A stretch of DNA of 64,000 nucleotides from Diadema antillarum (taxonomy: Eukaryota): positions 186,001 through 250,000 of the forward strand of contig NW_027271101.1 in assembly GCF_040938485.1 (NCBI RefSeq), read 5' to 3'. Below the pieces are notes generated by a model. That model did no database searches, was not told the DNA's origin, and saw only the letters and a list, made by a program, of their open reading frames with translations. The position numbers and the translations under genes were made by a program. Shown piece by piece: positions 1 through 12,332 of the stretch; positions within the stretch are counted from its first letter, which is position 1, and each line of letters begins with the position of its first letter.

Positions 1-390
1 TTTCACTTGACCTTTGACCCTTGACCTTTGACTTCATGACCCAAAGCTCTCTCTGGGGAATCTTTATTTGGTAGTTCATGTATACACCAAGTTTCAAGAA
101 AATACCTCCAGGCATTGCATAGATATACGGGAAATAGTGAAATTTTGAGCATTTGACCTTGACCTTTTGACCTTTGACCTTGAGCATGTGCACCCAAAAG
201 TTGATAGGCACAACTTCGCCCACTCATACATATACATGCCAAGTTTCATTGGGATAACTCCAACAGTTTTTTAGATGTGCTGTCCACAAAATAACATTAC
301 GGACGGAAGGACGGACAGACGGATGGATGGACGGACAGACAACCCGAAAACATAATGCCTCCGGCGACACTTCGTGGCGGAGGCTTAAAA
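1..390 (+). mobile_element. Helentron-associated (HINE/pearl-like) non-autonomous element, left part outside window
   Basis: TGACCTTTGACC-rich core, (GGAC/GGAT)n microsatellite at 299-337, then CCCGAAAACATAATGCCTCCG..CGGAGGC 3' hairpin (356-384). Same architecture at 6661-6895; related architecture at 39528-40356. Confidence 0.6.
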
Positions 391-1130
391 ACAAAGTGTC
401 TAGAAAAGCACCTATGTGCCATTATAATGACTCTGGACATGACGATTAAGTTGAAAGAGTAGTTTCGAGTAAAAACTTATGAAAGGCTTTACCAGTAAGT
501 GCTTGAAATATCCGAAACATTAGATGGTAAACGTATATGATTTCCGCTGCCCTATTCTCGAGTACGTAACTCTGGTCTTCTCGAACCCAAACATGTACAA
601 ATCAGATAATTTGATCATCTGTTTCATTTTACAATTTCATCTAAACATAAACAAAACAGTTAAATGACCTTTATGGTGGGAAATTCTTTGTTTTGTACAA
701 TTATTCAACTCACAATATGAATCTTACATCAGTGAAGTCAGCAACTGACAAAAAAATTTAAGAGAGAAGCGTTACATCTTGAATCTCATTTCATCGGCAC
801 AAACAGAACTGTGCGCTGTCTGAAAGACATTGATAGTACATTCAGCTTTGACCTGTAACAGAGTTGAGTAGTGAACAACACTATCCTTCTGCAGACCTCG
901 GACACCTATGTAATCATGCAATTTAAATACATTACCACTAGTTTTCAGTGAGCATTCTGAGATCTTGTCCATAATGCCCCCAAACCATAATTCCTTTCAG
1001 GTATTCATGGTTGAATTATCCACGATACAGAAAGTCTTCTGACTTACCGATCAGACTAATCTACACAAGTGACAATACGCAGTCACCCATTCTCAAGTAA
1101 ATAGGTTTACATTACTCTCATGCTACTATA

Positions 1131-1762
1131 CCGGGTGTCCCAAAAAAAGCGGAACGGTGGATTTTCAGTATCTTGCGGTCTAAAAGTTATATATCTTTTG
1201 ACATCATTAGAAAGAGCATCTTCCGCAGAAGACTATGATACCAAATCATCAATTTGGTTCAGTACTTTTTATTCTACGCCAATTTCTGAAAATGCAGTCA
1301 TTGCCAAATTTCGCCGGATTTTTGCGACTTATGAGATAATAATTAAAGTGCACTACGCGATCCATACGGTGAATATTGTGTAAGCTCGGGTAATCCGTGT
1401 CAACAAAAGATACAGCTTTCACATTGGGAAACCCGTGTGTGTGTGTCTGTGTGTGTGTGTGTGTGTGCGCGCGCTCCCAATATGAAAGCGTTATCTTTTG
1501 TTGACATGGATCAACGAGCTTACACAATTCACCGTATGAAACGCGTGTCGCACCCAAATTATTATCTCATAAGTCACAAAAAATTGAAAATGACTGCATT
1601 TACAAAAATTGGCGTAGAATAAAAAGTGCTGAACCAAATTTAATGATTTTGGTATCATGGTCTTCTGCGGAAGATGCTCTTTCTAATAATGTCAAAAAAT
1701 GTATCACTTTTAGAACGCAAGGTACTGAAAATCCACCGTTCCGCTTTTTTTGGGACACCCGG
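1131..1762. mobile_element. Tc1/mariner-type MITE with long TIRs and central (GT)n
   Basis: TA|CCGGGTGTCCCAAAAAAAGCGGAACGGTGGATTTTCAGTA ... TACTGAAAATCCACCGTTCCGCTTTTTTTGGGACACCCGG|TA. The arms are homologous over much of their length, and mirror-image ORFs 1120+ and 1600- confirm the inversion. Confidence 0.85.
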
Positions 1763-2448
1763 TATAAATATCCAAAGAAAAGCAGCATAAGAATGATGCA
1801 GCCAGTTCCGATTCCATCACCTTTGTGCGATCGGTCAACTAAGTCTGAACATTCTTATCAATTATCCACATCAACAACCAAAAAAAGTATCATTCAGTAT
1901 ATAATTTATCATACATTCCCTGAGCCACAGCAGATCATAAAATCAAAGATTCATTCTAACCTTGTCACATTCTTTCAAGAGACTTACAATTGTACATACG
2001 CTGGCCACACAAGCTCCATCCTATGACTGGTCACATCTTCGGGGGGGGGGGGGGGGGGGGGGGGGCAGGGTGGGTGACTACCGGTATTTAGTAAAGCAAA
2101 CAATGCAGGGTAAATGTTACAAACAGAATATCTTTAAGTTACCATGTAGCCATCTCAAAAATTTGACATGCCCCTTCGGCATTACATAAAGAGGGACTGG
2201 CTGAGGGCAGGAACACTACGACTTTTCCACTGGAGGAGGCAAAAAGTTTCAAGATGGAGGCAAGAGACGTATATCCACATGACAGAAAAGTAATGCAATA
2301 TACAGTATAAACACAAATTTCACACAACAAAAGTCTTATCTATTGCATGGATCAGAGTACCCTGAAAACACATACATATATGTGTACCTTAAACTTACTA
2401 AGTCACACAATCTCTAATGAGCAGTGCTCAATTTTAATGCACTGCGCA

Positions 2449-2510
2449 GAATGGTCATTTGGATTTTGGCACTGCGCAGAATGGTCATTTGGAGTTTGGC
2501 ACTGTGCAGA
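2449..2510. repeat. 30-bp tandem repeat, about 2.5 copies
   Basis: GCACTGCGCAGAATGGTCATTTGGA(T/G)TTTG repeated head to tail. Confidence 0.8.
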
Positions 2511-3299
2511 ATAACAAAATCTATTCAAGTGATTGCACAAAAAATGTAGATCATCATTCAATAGGTTTGCATTGTTTTGCATATGTTTTCAAATGTGGAA
2601 ATGTTTTCTCATGGGAGAACATAGCAGGATGTTCTGTCTATGGGCCAAACATAACAAAGGGTTCAAGTATCATGGGATCATGTTCATCAATATGCTGGCT
2701 GATATATGACAAAACCTTGTTATGATGTATATGAATGCATTACAGAAACATTATCACAACTACCTATAGGGCTTTTGCTTGTCTACAAGCCCTGTGCCAC
2801 TATTCATTGGGTCATCATGAATCAATTATAACATATCTGCACCCAAAAGAGAGAGTTGGTCACATGGAATAGCACAGCACTTGCAAACCTTGTTCATGCA
2901 TATGATATATGACAATTATCTTGCCCTTGCTTTCAGAGACTAAGCATCTGAAATGAAATGACACAGCGTGCAGAAAGAACTATGTCCATTCCAGGTCATA
3001 TCACAATTCATTCATATACATAATATACAAATATAACTTGCCTTGAGAGTTTCTGGTTAAAACTATGGGCAGTGGCTACTCCAAAAGAACTATTCACTGA
3101 GGGGGTCAGCCCCGAAGTGAAAAGTTCTTTTGGAGCCACCGAGGCCTACAGTTTTACTAGAAACTAGAAATTAGGCCCAGTATATTTTGTTAATCAAAAA
3201 AACAAAAAACAAAAAACACCTTAATGCCTCAAAGTCGTGTGATAGATGCGATGTTGTGAAGGGACCGTACACTGACTCTAAGAAGCAGCCCACAATGCC

Positions 3300-3470
3300 A
3301 GAACTGCTTTGTGATGTTACAATTGTTTTGTTAGAAAATGTTACATTTCACACAGTGATGGTACGAAGCAGTGCACAATCTCAGAATTGCGTTGTGATGT
3401 CACAATTGTTTTGTTAAAAATTGTTACATTTCACAAAGCTGTGCACAATTTCAGAATTGCTTTGTGACAT
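3300..3470. repeat. Diverged tandem duplication, unit about 80 bp
   Basis: GAA(C/T)TGC(T/G)TTGTGATGT(T/C)ACAATTGTTTTGTTA(G/A)AAA..GTTACATTTCACA occurs twice, followed by a partial third copy. Confidence 0.7.
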
Positions 3471-4227
3471 CAGTTTGCAAATAGTACAAATTTTTTATTG
3501 AAAATATATTTCGAATTATATGAGTGTTCTATGAATTTTTCACAAATTATCAAACCATAGAGCAAATTAGCAGGCTGACAAGGAAACAATTCTCTTCTCT
3601 TTAGCTCTATGTGGACTGCAGCATTTTCATGACAGGTCTTGAAATTCCATGAGGAATAGGAACTGCTCATATTTGTCGCAGCATGAGTCAAACCCCAGTA
3701 GCAGAACACAGTCCTGAAAATACAACACTTGATGCAGCATGGGCATACCATAAATCCTCTATATCACTTGCTGAATTAAAATCATCCCAAGTCCACTGCA
3801 TTAGTTCTTAGGTTGATGGTCATCCCTGTTCAACTAGAAGCCTTGCATAGATGCAAGAATGTAAGGTTCCTGAAGGGAACCAGACTGACTAAAGTGCATG
3901 GTTCTGTCATCCAGAGGAACACAAACCACTTATTCCATTGAAAAATCATGTTCCAGGTAGCCAAATGTTCAAAGTTTTTTTTTAATGTGTCAAAGTTTGC
4001 TCAAATTTTCACAGATCTTCATTTGTTTCACCACTTTCATTAAAAATGTGAGCTGAAACCCTTTTCATCGAGTCCAACTTGGAAGATTTTTCTGTAATTT
4101 TCTGTGACAAAAGAAATAAAGAACAAAGAGTCAACTGACAACTTGGGACACGAGTGCGGTCCCACACAGATATGCATATTTTGCTAGTAATAACTCCATG
4201 GCAGCAATGCTGGTTATGTACATAGCA

Positions 4228-7200
4228 TCAAAATGGTCCAGTTAGCCATGCATTGACCTCTGCCGGTGAAGGGCTGGGTTTCAGCTTGGCCCCATCTGAC
4301 CCCCTCCGCCCTCCTCCACCTCCTCCATCTGTACTGTCCACTGACACCATCTGGCCGCTCATCCCAGGCCCTGCACCCATCTCCATCGAAGCACCACCTC
4401 TACTCTCGAATCTGGTGCCCGAGAGCCCCGCCCGCTCTATTGCCCGCGAGAGGCCCCATGGGGCAGAACCAGCCCCAGCAGGGTTGCTCTTCTGCACTCC
4501 CGTTGCTGGTTCCACTGGATAGCACACTGTCTCCGGGAGGGGGCGGTAGTACGGTCCAAACCCAAAGAGCCGTCGAGGCTCTGGATGGACCACCGTGCAG
4601 TCTGGTTTCACACCTTTCTGGCTCTGACTGTTCTTGACACTGAAAGAAGACAGTAAAAGGTCTCAGGTCACACGTCCCTACTCATAGTAGGACAAACAGC
4701 AGGTTCCTATCTTGAAAAGTAAGGAGAATATCATTCTTACTACCATATTGTTGATGATTATATAGGAGTCTACTCTAGTCTCATTTAAAAAAAAAAGAAA
4801 AAATATATTCATTGTTGCTTCCTTTTTTCAAACCAGCACCATAACACAAAATGAATGTACAGTGCACCCCTGTTATAACGAACACGGTTATAACTAATTC
4901 TAGTTACAACGAAGTTAAAATTCAGGCCGCAATATCATCGGCTCTATTTTTTTAAAAAACTTTTTATTTATTCCGTTAGAACAAATTTTCGATAAAGTGA
5001 AAGAAAACTGCTGGTCCCGAGAACTTTGTTATAACGGGAGTCACTGTAACCTCGAACCCAGAAAGCATCATCATCATGTGTATTAACATGGGTCTGAATC
5101 TGAATACCTTCTCTATCTGTCTCAACTGATGTTAACAGAAGCTAATTTTACTTTTTTTATCCTTTAGAATGTGACAACTTGACATTCTGAGATGGGTTGA
5201 ATGCAGCAGACCCATTATTTGTTTGGTAATCATGTCCACAACTATTCAGCATGTAGAAGTCAAAATTTCTTCAATGAGATCTCATTTTGCAGGTGATGAA
5301 TTTTTTTGCACCTCAGAATGCTTTTAGTATGAGGCTTCCCATTAATCATCTCCACATATGTAATAACTTCCTATGAAGTATTGTACAGGGTATATCAAGT
5401 CATGCAAGTAGTTTTGGAAGGAAAATTCACAGCATTCATTTTCCACCTTCTATGTCACTCTCGCTCCTAGCAAACACTGCATTCAGTGGCCTCTTGTGGG
5501 AAACACAAAAGTGGTCTGCACAGACAGGTAGGAGGTAGGAGGCAGGATTTGGTTTAACTGCATAAAATTTGTTGCAGATATTATATGCATGTTCCCCATT
5601 GCCCCCCCCCCCCCCCCCATCACAAATTGTCTACCACAGAAATGAATGACTGCACATGTGTTTTGCCTTGGGTTTCATCTGTTGACACTTTGATTGCCAC
5701 CCCCCCCCCCCCCCCTCCCGAAAACCTACGATAACCAAAAAAAAAATATATATATATTGCCCAGTGGGAACATAAGTTGGCCTCTGGCTGCAGTAGACAG
5801 GTGGCTGCTATAATATGCCCGGTCTTTATCATCTAGATATAATTTCTCATCAGTGGGGTTAAAGCAGGTGGCTACGCATCTTTACTGTACCTGAAATCTC
5901 ATTACCTTTTTCCATCAGCACTAGAGGGATTGTTGAGCTTGGTTCCGACATGACCTCCTGTCCCCTGTGGTGATGCCAACTTGTCAGCTGGATGCCCCAC
6001 TGCATGGTCTGCTGACCCAGCTCCAACCACGGGACCCTTCACAGAGTCCATGAACGATTGAGGTATATAGCGAGATTCTGCAGATTCCCCACACAGAATG
6101 GACAAGAAAAGAATATTGAATTGCGGGCACAAGGAAAAATGAAATCTTGTGGGCATAACCATGTCTTCTGAAAGTCTCAATGGATGCAGCTGGAACTGAA
6201 GGATTACATACAAATATGACAATAGTATATCAAAGCACTATGCAATTTACTGGCTATATAAAGTAGCGTGGCAAAGAAACTTCATTTGTGCTTCAAATTT
6301 TGGCATTTTTTGTTTTGTTTTGTTTCTTGTGGGGGTGTGCCTACATGAATATGCCTCAGTATCAGGCCTACTAACCCCTGCAGATCAAGAAAAAACTAGA
6401 AATGTCGCTGATATGCCTCAACCACATCTCATTCAAAGGTCTGTAGTACATCTTGACAGGTTGAGACAACATTTCACATGATTGGTAAAACATTGAACTA
6501 ACATGTTTGAAAGTTTGATGGCACAACCCCAAATGTGTTTACTGCTAATGCATTCCTTAAACCACAATTCATTTGGATGGCCAGATTGTTTCAGAGAGCA
6601 AATTCTCAAGAGAATCATTGTCAGGCAGTCATGAGGACAACTTTAGCCATTTGAAAAATATCGAGGGGGGAAAAAAGGCCATTGACCTTGACCTTTGACC
6701 TTAAGCATGTGTACCCAAACCTTAATGGGCACAAATCTTTCCACTCATACATACACATGCCAAGTTTCATTTGGATACCTCGACGGTTCTCAAGTTAAGC
6801 TGTCTACAAATCGATTAAGGGTGGACGGACGGATAAACGGAGAATCCGAAAACATAATGCCTCTGGCAACACTTCATGGCGGAGGCATAACAATTACAAA
6901 TGCACAGTGGAAAATGGTTTTCTTCTCAAAAAATTATTTTCTTACTTCGGATGAATACAAAACATTATCATATGTTACACCAGCGCACACACGTTGGCAG
7001 ATCTGCATTTTGAACATCAACAGAGCTCAAATAACAGAAGCACTTAGCTGTCACTATTCTCCTCGCAAGGTACCCTGTATGAAAATATAACATGATAACT
7101 AATTCAGGTTTACAATTTACCCATTGCTTTCTCTTTCCTATTTGTGAATACTACAAGCACAGTCAATGACAGTCCTCAGAAGATGACAAAATAAAGCTGA

Positions 7201-8924
7201 ATGACACTAAAACTTATGCCAACAGCCATGAGCATTGTCACCTTCAGGCATACAAAACAGCAAGAATGTCATAATGATTACAAGACTACTGTATAAAAAC
7301 AATCACTGGTCGGGCAAATTCTGCCATGCAAATTTTAGTCAGCAAATCACCTATGAGGATAGACTACACACCTCCCGAACGAATCTCAGCTGGTCCCACT
7401 TGGCTACCCGGCCTGCCGGACATTGCATCTGGCATTGTGAAAGGTGCTGAGCTACCCGTTGGGCCAGTATCATCAGCCGGCGGCTTGGGTATGTTGCTGG
7501 TGGTTCCCATGGTGATGACCTGACCATCTTTGACCTGCATCAAGGCTGGAGACTGTTTGGCACCGCTGCCAGCTTTGGATGTGGTGGCCGTGGATGCATC
7601 ATTGGCACTTGTGCTGTCTTGATCTGTGTCTAGGAGTAGTCTGCAAGGTGAAAGGCAGAGGCAATATTACAGGAAGAAAACAGACAAACATATGGATAAA
7701 TGAACAATCAGTTGGGTACTACAGTGCTGTACACATCATCATATCACATCTACTGTAAAATATGATATATTCGTGGCATGAAATTTTCACAAATTGCCAC
7801 GAGCATTCAATGCATATAGTGTAGGTTAGATCTTTCGCATGCATTTTAATTTTGCAAATCTTGGCTCTCACGAAATACACGAAATTAAAATGCACATGAA
7901 CATTCCTCATTTCACAGCATAATTTTCTTTATTTGTGGACATTTTAACCTGTTGAGGACAGACTGATTTTGCTACAACACGCATTTCCAATAGACCCTTG
8001 CCTGAGTATACTCTGGACTCGTCCTCAATGGGTTTAACATCAAACTGCAGAGTATAGGATTATGACACAGTTTGAGACAAATATTTGGACATCTTACCTG
8101 CTGATCTATGACTAAAGTTAATAAGGCAAGTATTTCTATTTTATCAAATAATTCATGAAGCATATTTGTGTTTTTGTATTTTGCACACTAACACTACAGT
8201 ACTGTACATGCTGTCAATCTACTGTGCAATGCTAAATAAATAAATATCATATCAAGGTACTGAGTTCGATGTTAACAAGCACATTGCATTCAAAGTAAGG
8301 TTCCAAGACTTCAAGTGGGAATTAGGAGCAAAATTTAATGACTCTCTAAATAGCACAGAAAGACACATTGTACACACAGTGTTTCCAGTATACAGCTTAA
8401 CCCAAAACAACTAAACATACAAACTGACAATACCAAATCAATCACTTATGAATACCATAGTCGTGTCTTTTTACCAGACAGGGTGTGGAAAGAGGGCAAA
8501 TTTAGTAATACAGTATTGAGTGCATACTCGGTTAAAAAACAACAACATGCAGTTTTTAAGTTAGATATAGGGAAAAAAAATTATTTTGAAAAACCACTTC
8601 CCTCTGCTCTTATCACCTGTATTTGCGGGGGTGGCTGTGATATATTTTGCTGGAGTCAAAGACTAGCTGAAGATTCTGGGAGGAGCCTGGCGGAGTCAGG
8701 GGTCTGGTCTCTACGCCTTCATCATACCGCCCTGGTCTTGTGGCTGCATTGGCTTGGGCCTTGCCCTGAGATTCGGGGATTTTGATGGGAAATTTGCTGG
8801 GACGAGAGCCAGGCAAGCCGACTGTCATGGCGGAGGTGGAGCCAGCTATTGCAGGTACCGCATCTGGCGAAGAGATGTCTCGATCCAACGAGTTGTCCAT
8901 GATATTCTTCGTCCCCATGACCAT
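4228..8924 (-). CDS. Uncharacterised 386-aa S/G/P/A-rich protein, 4 coding exons
   Basis: Exons 8924-8617, 7640-7372, 6077-5906, 4639-4228. All introns are GT-AG, phases 2/1/2 join without stops, total 1161 nt. Begins MVMGTKNIMDNSLDRD with an in-frame stop 6 codons upstream and ends ...EVNAWLTGPF*. Exons are GC-rich against AT-rich introns. No family recognised. Confidence 0.7.
4860..5046. mobile_element. Tigger/pogo-like MITE (second copy about 51805-51986)
   Basis: TA|CAGTGCACCCCTGTTATAACG ... GTTATAACGGGAGTCACTG|TA. A related sequence in reverse orientation lies at 51805-51986. Confidence 0.7.
6661..6895 (+). mobile_element. HINE/pearl-like element, same family as 1-390
   Basis: TTGACCTTGACCTTTGACC core, CATATACACATGCCAAGTTTCATT block shared with 225-250, GGACGGACGG, and CCGAAAACATAATGCCTCTGG..CGGAGGC 3' end. 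Confidence 0.65.
7948..8033. mobile_element. piggyBac-like mini-MITE, about 86 bp (copies at 29860-29945 and 46882-46967)
   Basis: TTAA|CC(T/C)(G/A)TTGAGGAC ... GTCCTCAA(T/C)(G/A)GG, with TTAA at or next to the ends. Three copies share the internal CTGATTTTGCTACAACA. Confidence 0.7.
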
Positions 8925-9359
8925 CAACTTCCTCGTACATCAAAGCCTGGAATCCACATTATCATAACCAGGCAACTATTCTGCCATACAAAGTCTCTGC
9001 ATTGAACAGGAGGAAAATGAGATGGCACACAAACATGCTGGTTATAATCCATGCAGTCACCAAGGCAACAGGCAAGCACAAGTGTAATATCTCATGCAAA
9101 TGAGGGCAGCAAAACGAACAGAAAGCCAGATACAAATGTTGTTAATAAAAATTAACAAGAAATATGATGAAAATATATCGAAAACTATGTTGTCGACACT
9201 GCACTTATACGATGAACAAAATAAACAGCCATGACACGGTTTCAAACTGTCCTAAATTCTAGCTCTACATTGTAATCTACCTCTAATTCATCTTGACGTG
9301 CAAAGCGACACAGCACAGCGCGGCGACATGTCTGTACAGCTCACGTCACAGTTCTAAGA

Positions 9360-10027
9360 TTCGGTCACTTATCATTAATCACCAGCCAGTAAGTTCTACT
9401 GTCACAACACACGCAAATCACATTGATCCACATATTTGCACACTCATTCACAACAGGAAAGTTCCTTAGTCCCCTCCAAAAATCCATCCAAAATCCCAAA
9501 TTTCACCGTCAAAAGTGCAGAATCGGCATGACTTTCCCAAAGCACGCACGGATTAAGCCCAGTTTTAATATGGGTCACCGAAAAAGTGCTAAAAATCGAG
9601 AAATAAGCAGTTCTCTTGCGGGATTTTTTGCTTATCGCAAGCTTGGAGTGTGATGGTATCGTCAAAAATGCAAAAGAAAAACAAAGTTTCCGTACAGTTT
9701 GTACGTGCCGATACAGACGTCTCAATGTACAAGGGTTGAATGCAAGTGCTGATTCCCCAGTATTCGGTCGCCAACAGGCACCGCCACGTCCCCGATGCAA
9801 TTTTGCGGCAACAAGATAGTGCGCGGCGCATTTTTCAGCTGCCGTGATCTCAGCATGAACACGCATTGACTTTGAACGCGCGAATCGCGTGACCGAATAC
9901 TGGTTGCGATGACCGTATTCTGGGGATTTTCAAGGTGATATATTTTGGGGATTTGTGCAATTCTGTGAGACATTTTATAATTGAAGAAAATGAAAATTAA
10001 GATTAAAGAAATTTGATATACTTCACA
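9360..10027 (+). mobile_element. TAGGGTA/GTATTCGGTCAC MITE family, copy 1 (truncated; carries the empty site)
   Basis: Colinear with 10028-11708 (TTCGGTCACTTATCA..CACCAGCCAGTAAGTT..GCAAGCTTGGAGTGTGATGGTATC..GTGACCGAATACTGG). It lacks the 905-bp insert and has a single GTTCTCTT at 9609-9616. Confidence 0.8.
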
Positions 10028-11708
10028 TAGGGTAGGAGCATCAGTATTCGGTCAGCTACCGGTATTCGGTCACTTATCACTAGTCACCAGCCAGTAAGTT
10101 CAACTGTCACAACACATGCAAATCACATCAATTCACATACTTGCACACTCATTCACAACATGAAACTCCCTTAGCCCCCTCCAAAAATCTATCCAAAATC
10201 CTAAATTTTACCGTCAAAAGTGCAGAATCGGCACTGCTTTCCAAAAGCGCGCGCGGATTAGGCCCAGTTTTAAGAGTACGGGTCGCCGAAAAAGCGCTAA
10301 AAATCAAGAAATAGGCCGTTCTCTCCACTGAACTCTATATTGAAGTGACGTTGCGCGCAGTGCTCAAAGCCACCGGAAAGGCTTTAGTTAGCGCTGCCAT
10401 TTTAGGACTCCCCCTTTAGGCCCCGCCCACTTTACATTACGCTATTGATGCTATTGTTGTGCAGATGATACGCAGAAGAAGCGTGCGTTCCTCAGTGGAA
10501 AGCAAAGAGATTTTTCTCCTCCCCACCACTAGAGGGCGGACTCTACAATGGAGTCAGTGATTTCATGGGGGCCGCCATTGTACCACTCAGTAATGGCGGA
10601 CTTTGTGTACTAAGTATACATTTCTACAGCGCTTATTACGCGAACTTCTGAACTTTTACGTGAGTACGCACTTGATTTTGGCTGCTCCTCGGTTGCTCGT
10701 TTGCTAGCGTGTTAGCACGAAAGGTGAGCCTACCGCCTCGTTGTCATCCAATGCTCCCCTTGCCCCTTGCGCTCACAAAACAATAGTACAGGGCGTACGA
10801 AGACCCCGCACTCTAGCAGTCACAGGGGAAAATCTCTTTGGTAGAAAGTCACTTTGGTGTAAATTATGGGGCACCAAGTATCGCATGGGCTATATAATCA
10901 CGAAATGGCTATTTAGTCGACAACATGAACATGTCCTAACAAAACAACTGTGTTTTGAAAAAAAAGAACATTTCTTCAACGAAAGGACTGATTTCAAAAT
11001 GCAAATTTGTGAACAAAATTACCGGGTACCGGTACTCATTTCGTAACGAAAAAGCCGTGTGATTCTTGGCACCTTATTGGTGCCCCATAGCAAAGTCCCA
11101 AAATGGCCGCCACCGGCCAGCACTTCTGGTGGCTTCAAGCTTTTACCCACTGTGCAACACGAGCGTAGTGGCTTTTCGGTGTAGTGCGCACTAAGTGCGT
11201 ACAGCGCCCTTTCCACTATAGAGTTCAGTGGTTCTCTCGCGGGATTTTTTGCTTATCGCAAGCTTGGAGTGTGATGGTATCCTCAAAAATGCAAAAGAAA
11301 AACAAGACTTTCGTACGTGCCGATACAGTGTCTCAATGTACAAGGGTTGAATGCAAGTGCCGAGTCCCCAGTATTCGGTCACCAACGGGCGCCACAACGT
11401 CCCCGATGCAATTTTGCGCCAACAAGGTAGCGCGCGCGCGCATTTTTCAGCTGCCTTTGAACACGCATATTGCGTGACCGAATACTGGTTGCAGTGACCG
11501 TATACTGGGGAATTTTCATGGCGATATATTTTGCGATTTTGAGAAATTCTGTGTGATATTTACATGTAAGAAAATGAAAATTGAGATGAAAGAAATTTGA
11601 TATATTTCACTTACATTGCTGTAGATATGATGTATGTATACATGTATTATTTTAGTTTGAAAAATATTGCAAAAAAAGCTTAAGTGACCGAATACTGAGG
11701 GTACCCTA
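10028..11708 (+). mobile_element. TAGGGTA/GTATTCGGTCAC MITE family, copy 2 (both ends present; interrupted by 10326-11230)
   Basis: Left end TAGGGTAGGAGCATCAGTATTCGGTCA, right end TGACCGAATACTGAGGGTACCCTA (imperfect TIR). Superfamily not determined. Confidence 0.75.
10326..11230. mobile_element. 905-bp non-autonomous DNA transposon, 14-bp TIR CACTGAACTCTATA, 8-bp TSD GTTCTCTC
   Basis: TSD at 10318-10325 and 11231-11238. TIRs at 10326-10339 and 11217-11230 are perfect reverse complements. The empty site is seen in host copy 1. Confidence 0.9.
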
Positions 11709-11949
11709 CTCGCGTGGAACATGTTGCCCATGATTTGACCACTTCCATGAATCGACCACTCTTAAGAATAGAAAAGGTAGGCCAAGATCTATAAATGTGA
11801 ACTGATATGAATTGGGAAACTGTAACATTATTTCATTCTAATTAGTTAGACTAACGCTTACCTTAACGTTAGTGTAAATAGAGTCTAGAATTCTCTCTAC
11901 CACTAAGTGTAATTTAAATTTAAACATGGTCAATTAAACATGCCTTGAG

Positions 11950-12332
11950 CAGGGATGCCAAGTTCAAGATTTTATGAGTGAGATTTTCATGACTCAGCAT
12001 CTCGGCATGCGAATATGCGCGCGAGCGAGGGTTTGGGAGGGTTTTTTCCCCCTGTGGCCTCCCACGGTAGGGAGCTTTTTCAATTTTGAGCTCTTAATGG
12101 TGCGATCAGGTGCATATTTAAGCGACTATTTTTTACTTATTTTGAAAGACAAAAGGGAAATATACCTTCAATTGCAACTATCGCTTAAATCTTTTGAGCT
12201 ATGCTCATTATAATAGGCCCAAGCTGCAGACTTCGCTCGATGCGTGTGAAAAATGGGTGTCATGCGTGAGATTGTGAGATGACCCCTAAATGCTTGAGTC
12301 TCACGCAGAATGCGTGAGACTTGGTAGCTCTG
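11950..12332. mobile_element. hAT-like MITE, diverged
   Basis: Ends CAGGGATGCCAAGT ... ACTTGGTAGCTCTG, with subterminal GTGAGA repeats. No clear 8-bp TSD. Confidence 0.5.

Noticed and set aside
772-972. 66-aa minus-strand ORF (MDKISECSLK...) as a further exon of the unrecognised gene
   Set aside because: The acceptor is weak, the sequence is AT-rich, I recognise no homology, and the gene already has a stop at 4228.
2042-2066. Poly-G/C tracts (also 5602-5618, 5699-5715, 27887-27918) as G-quadruplex elements
   Set aside because: These are simple homopolymers, some next to gaps, with lengths that may be unreliable. Nothing specific supports a function.
10326-11230. Transib/ProtoRAG identity suggested by the CAC terminus
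   Set aside because: The TSD is clearly 8 bp rather than 5 bp, there is no RSS-like heptamer/nonamer, and there is no RAG-like ORF.
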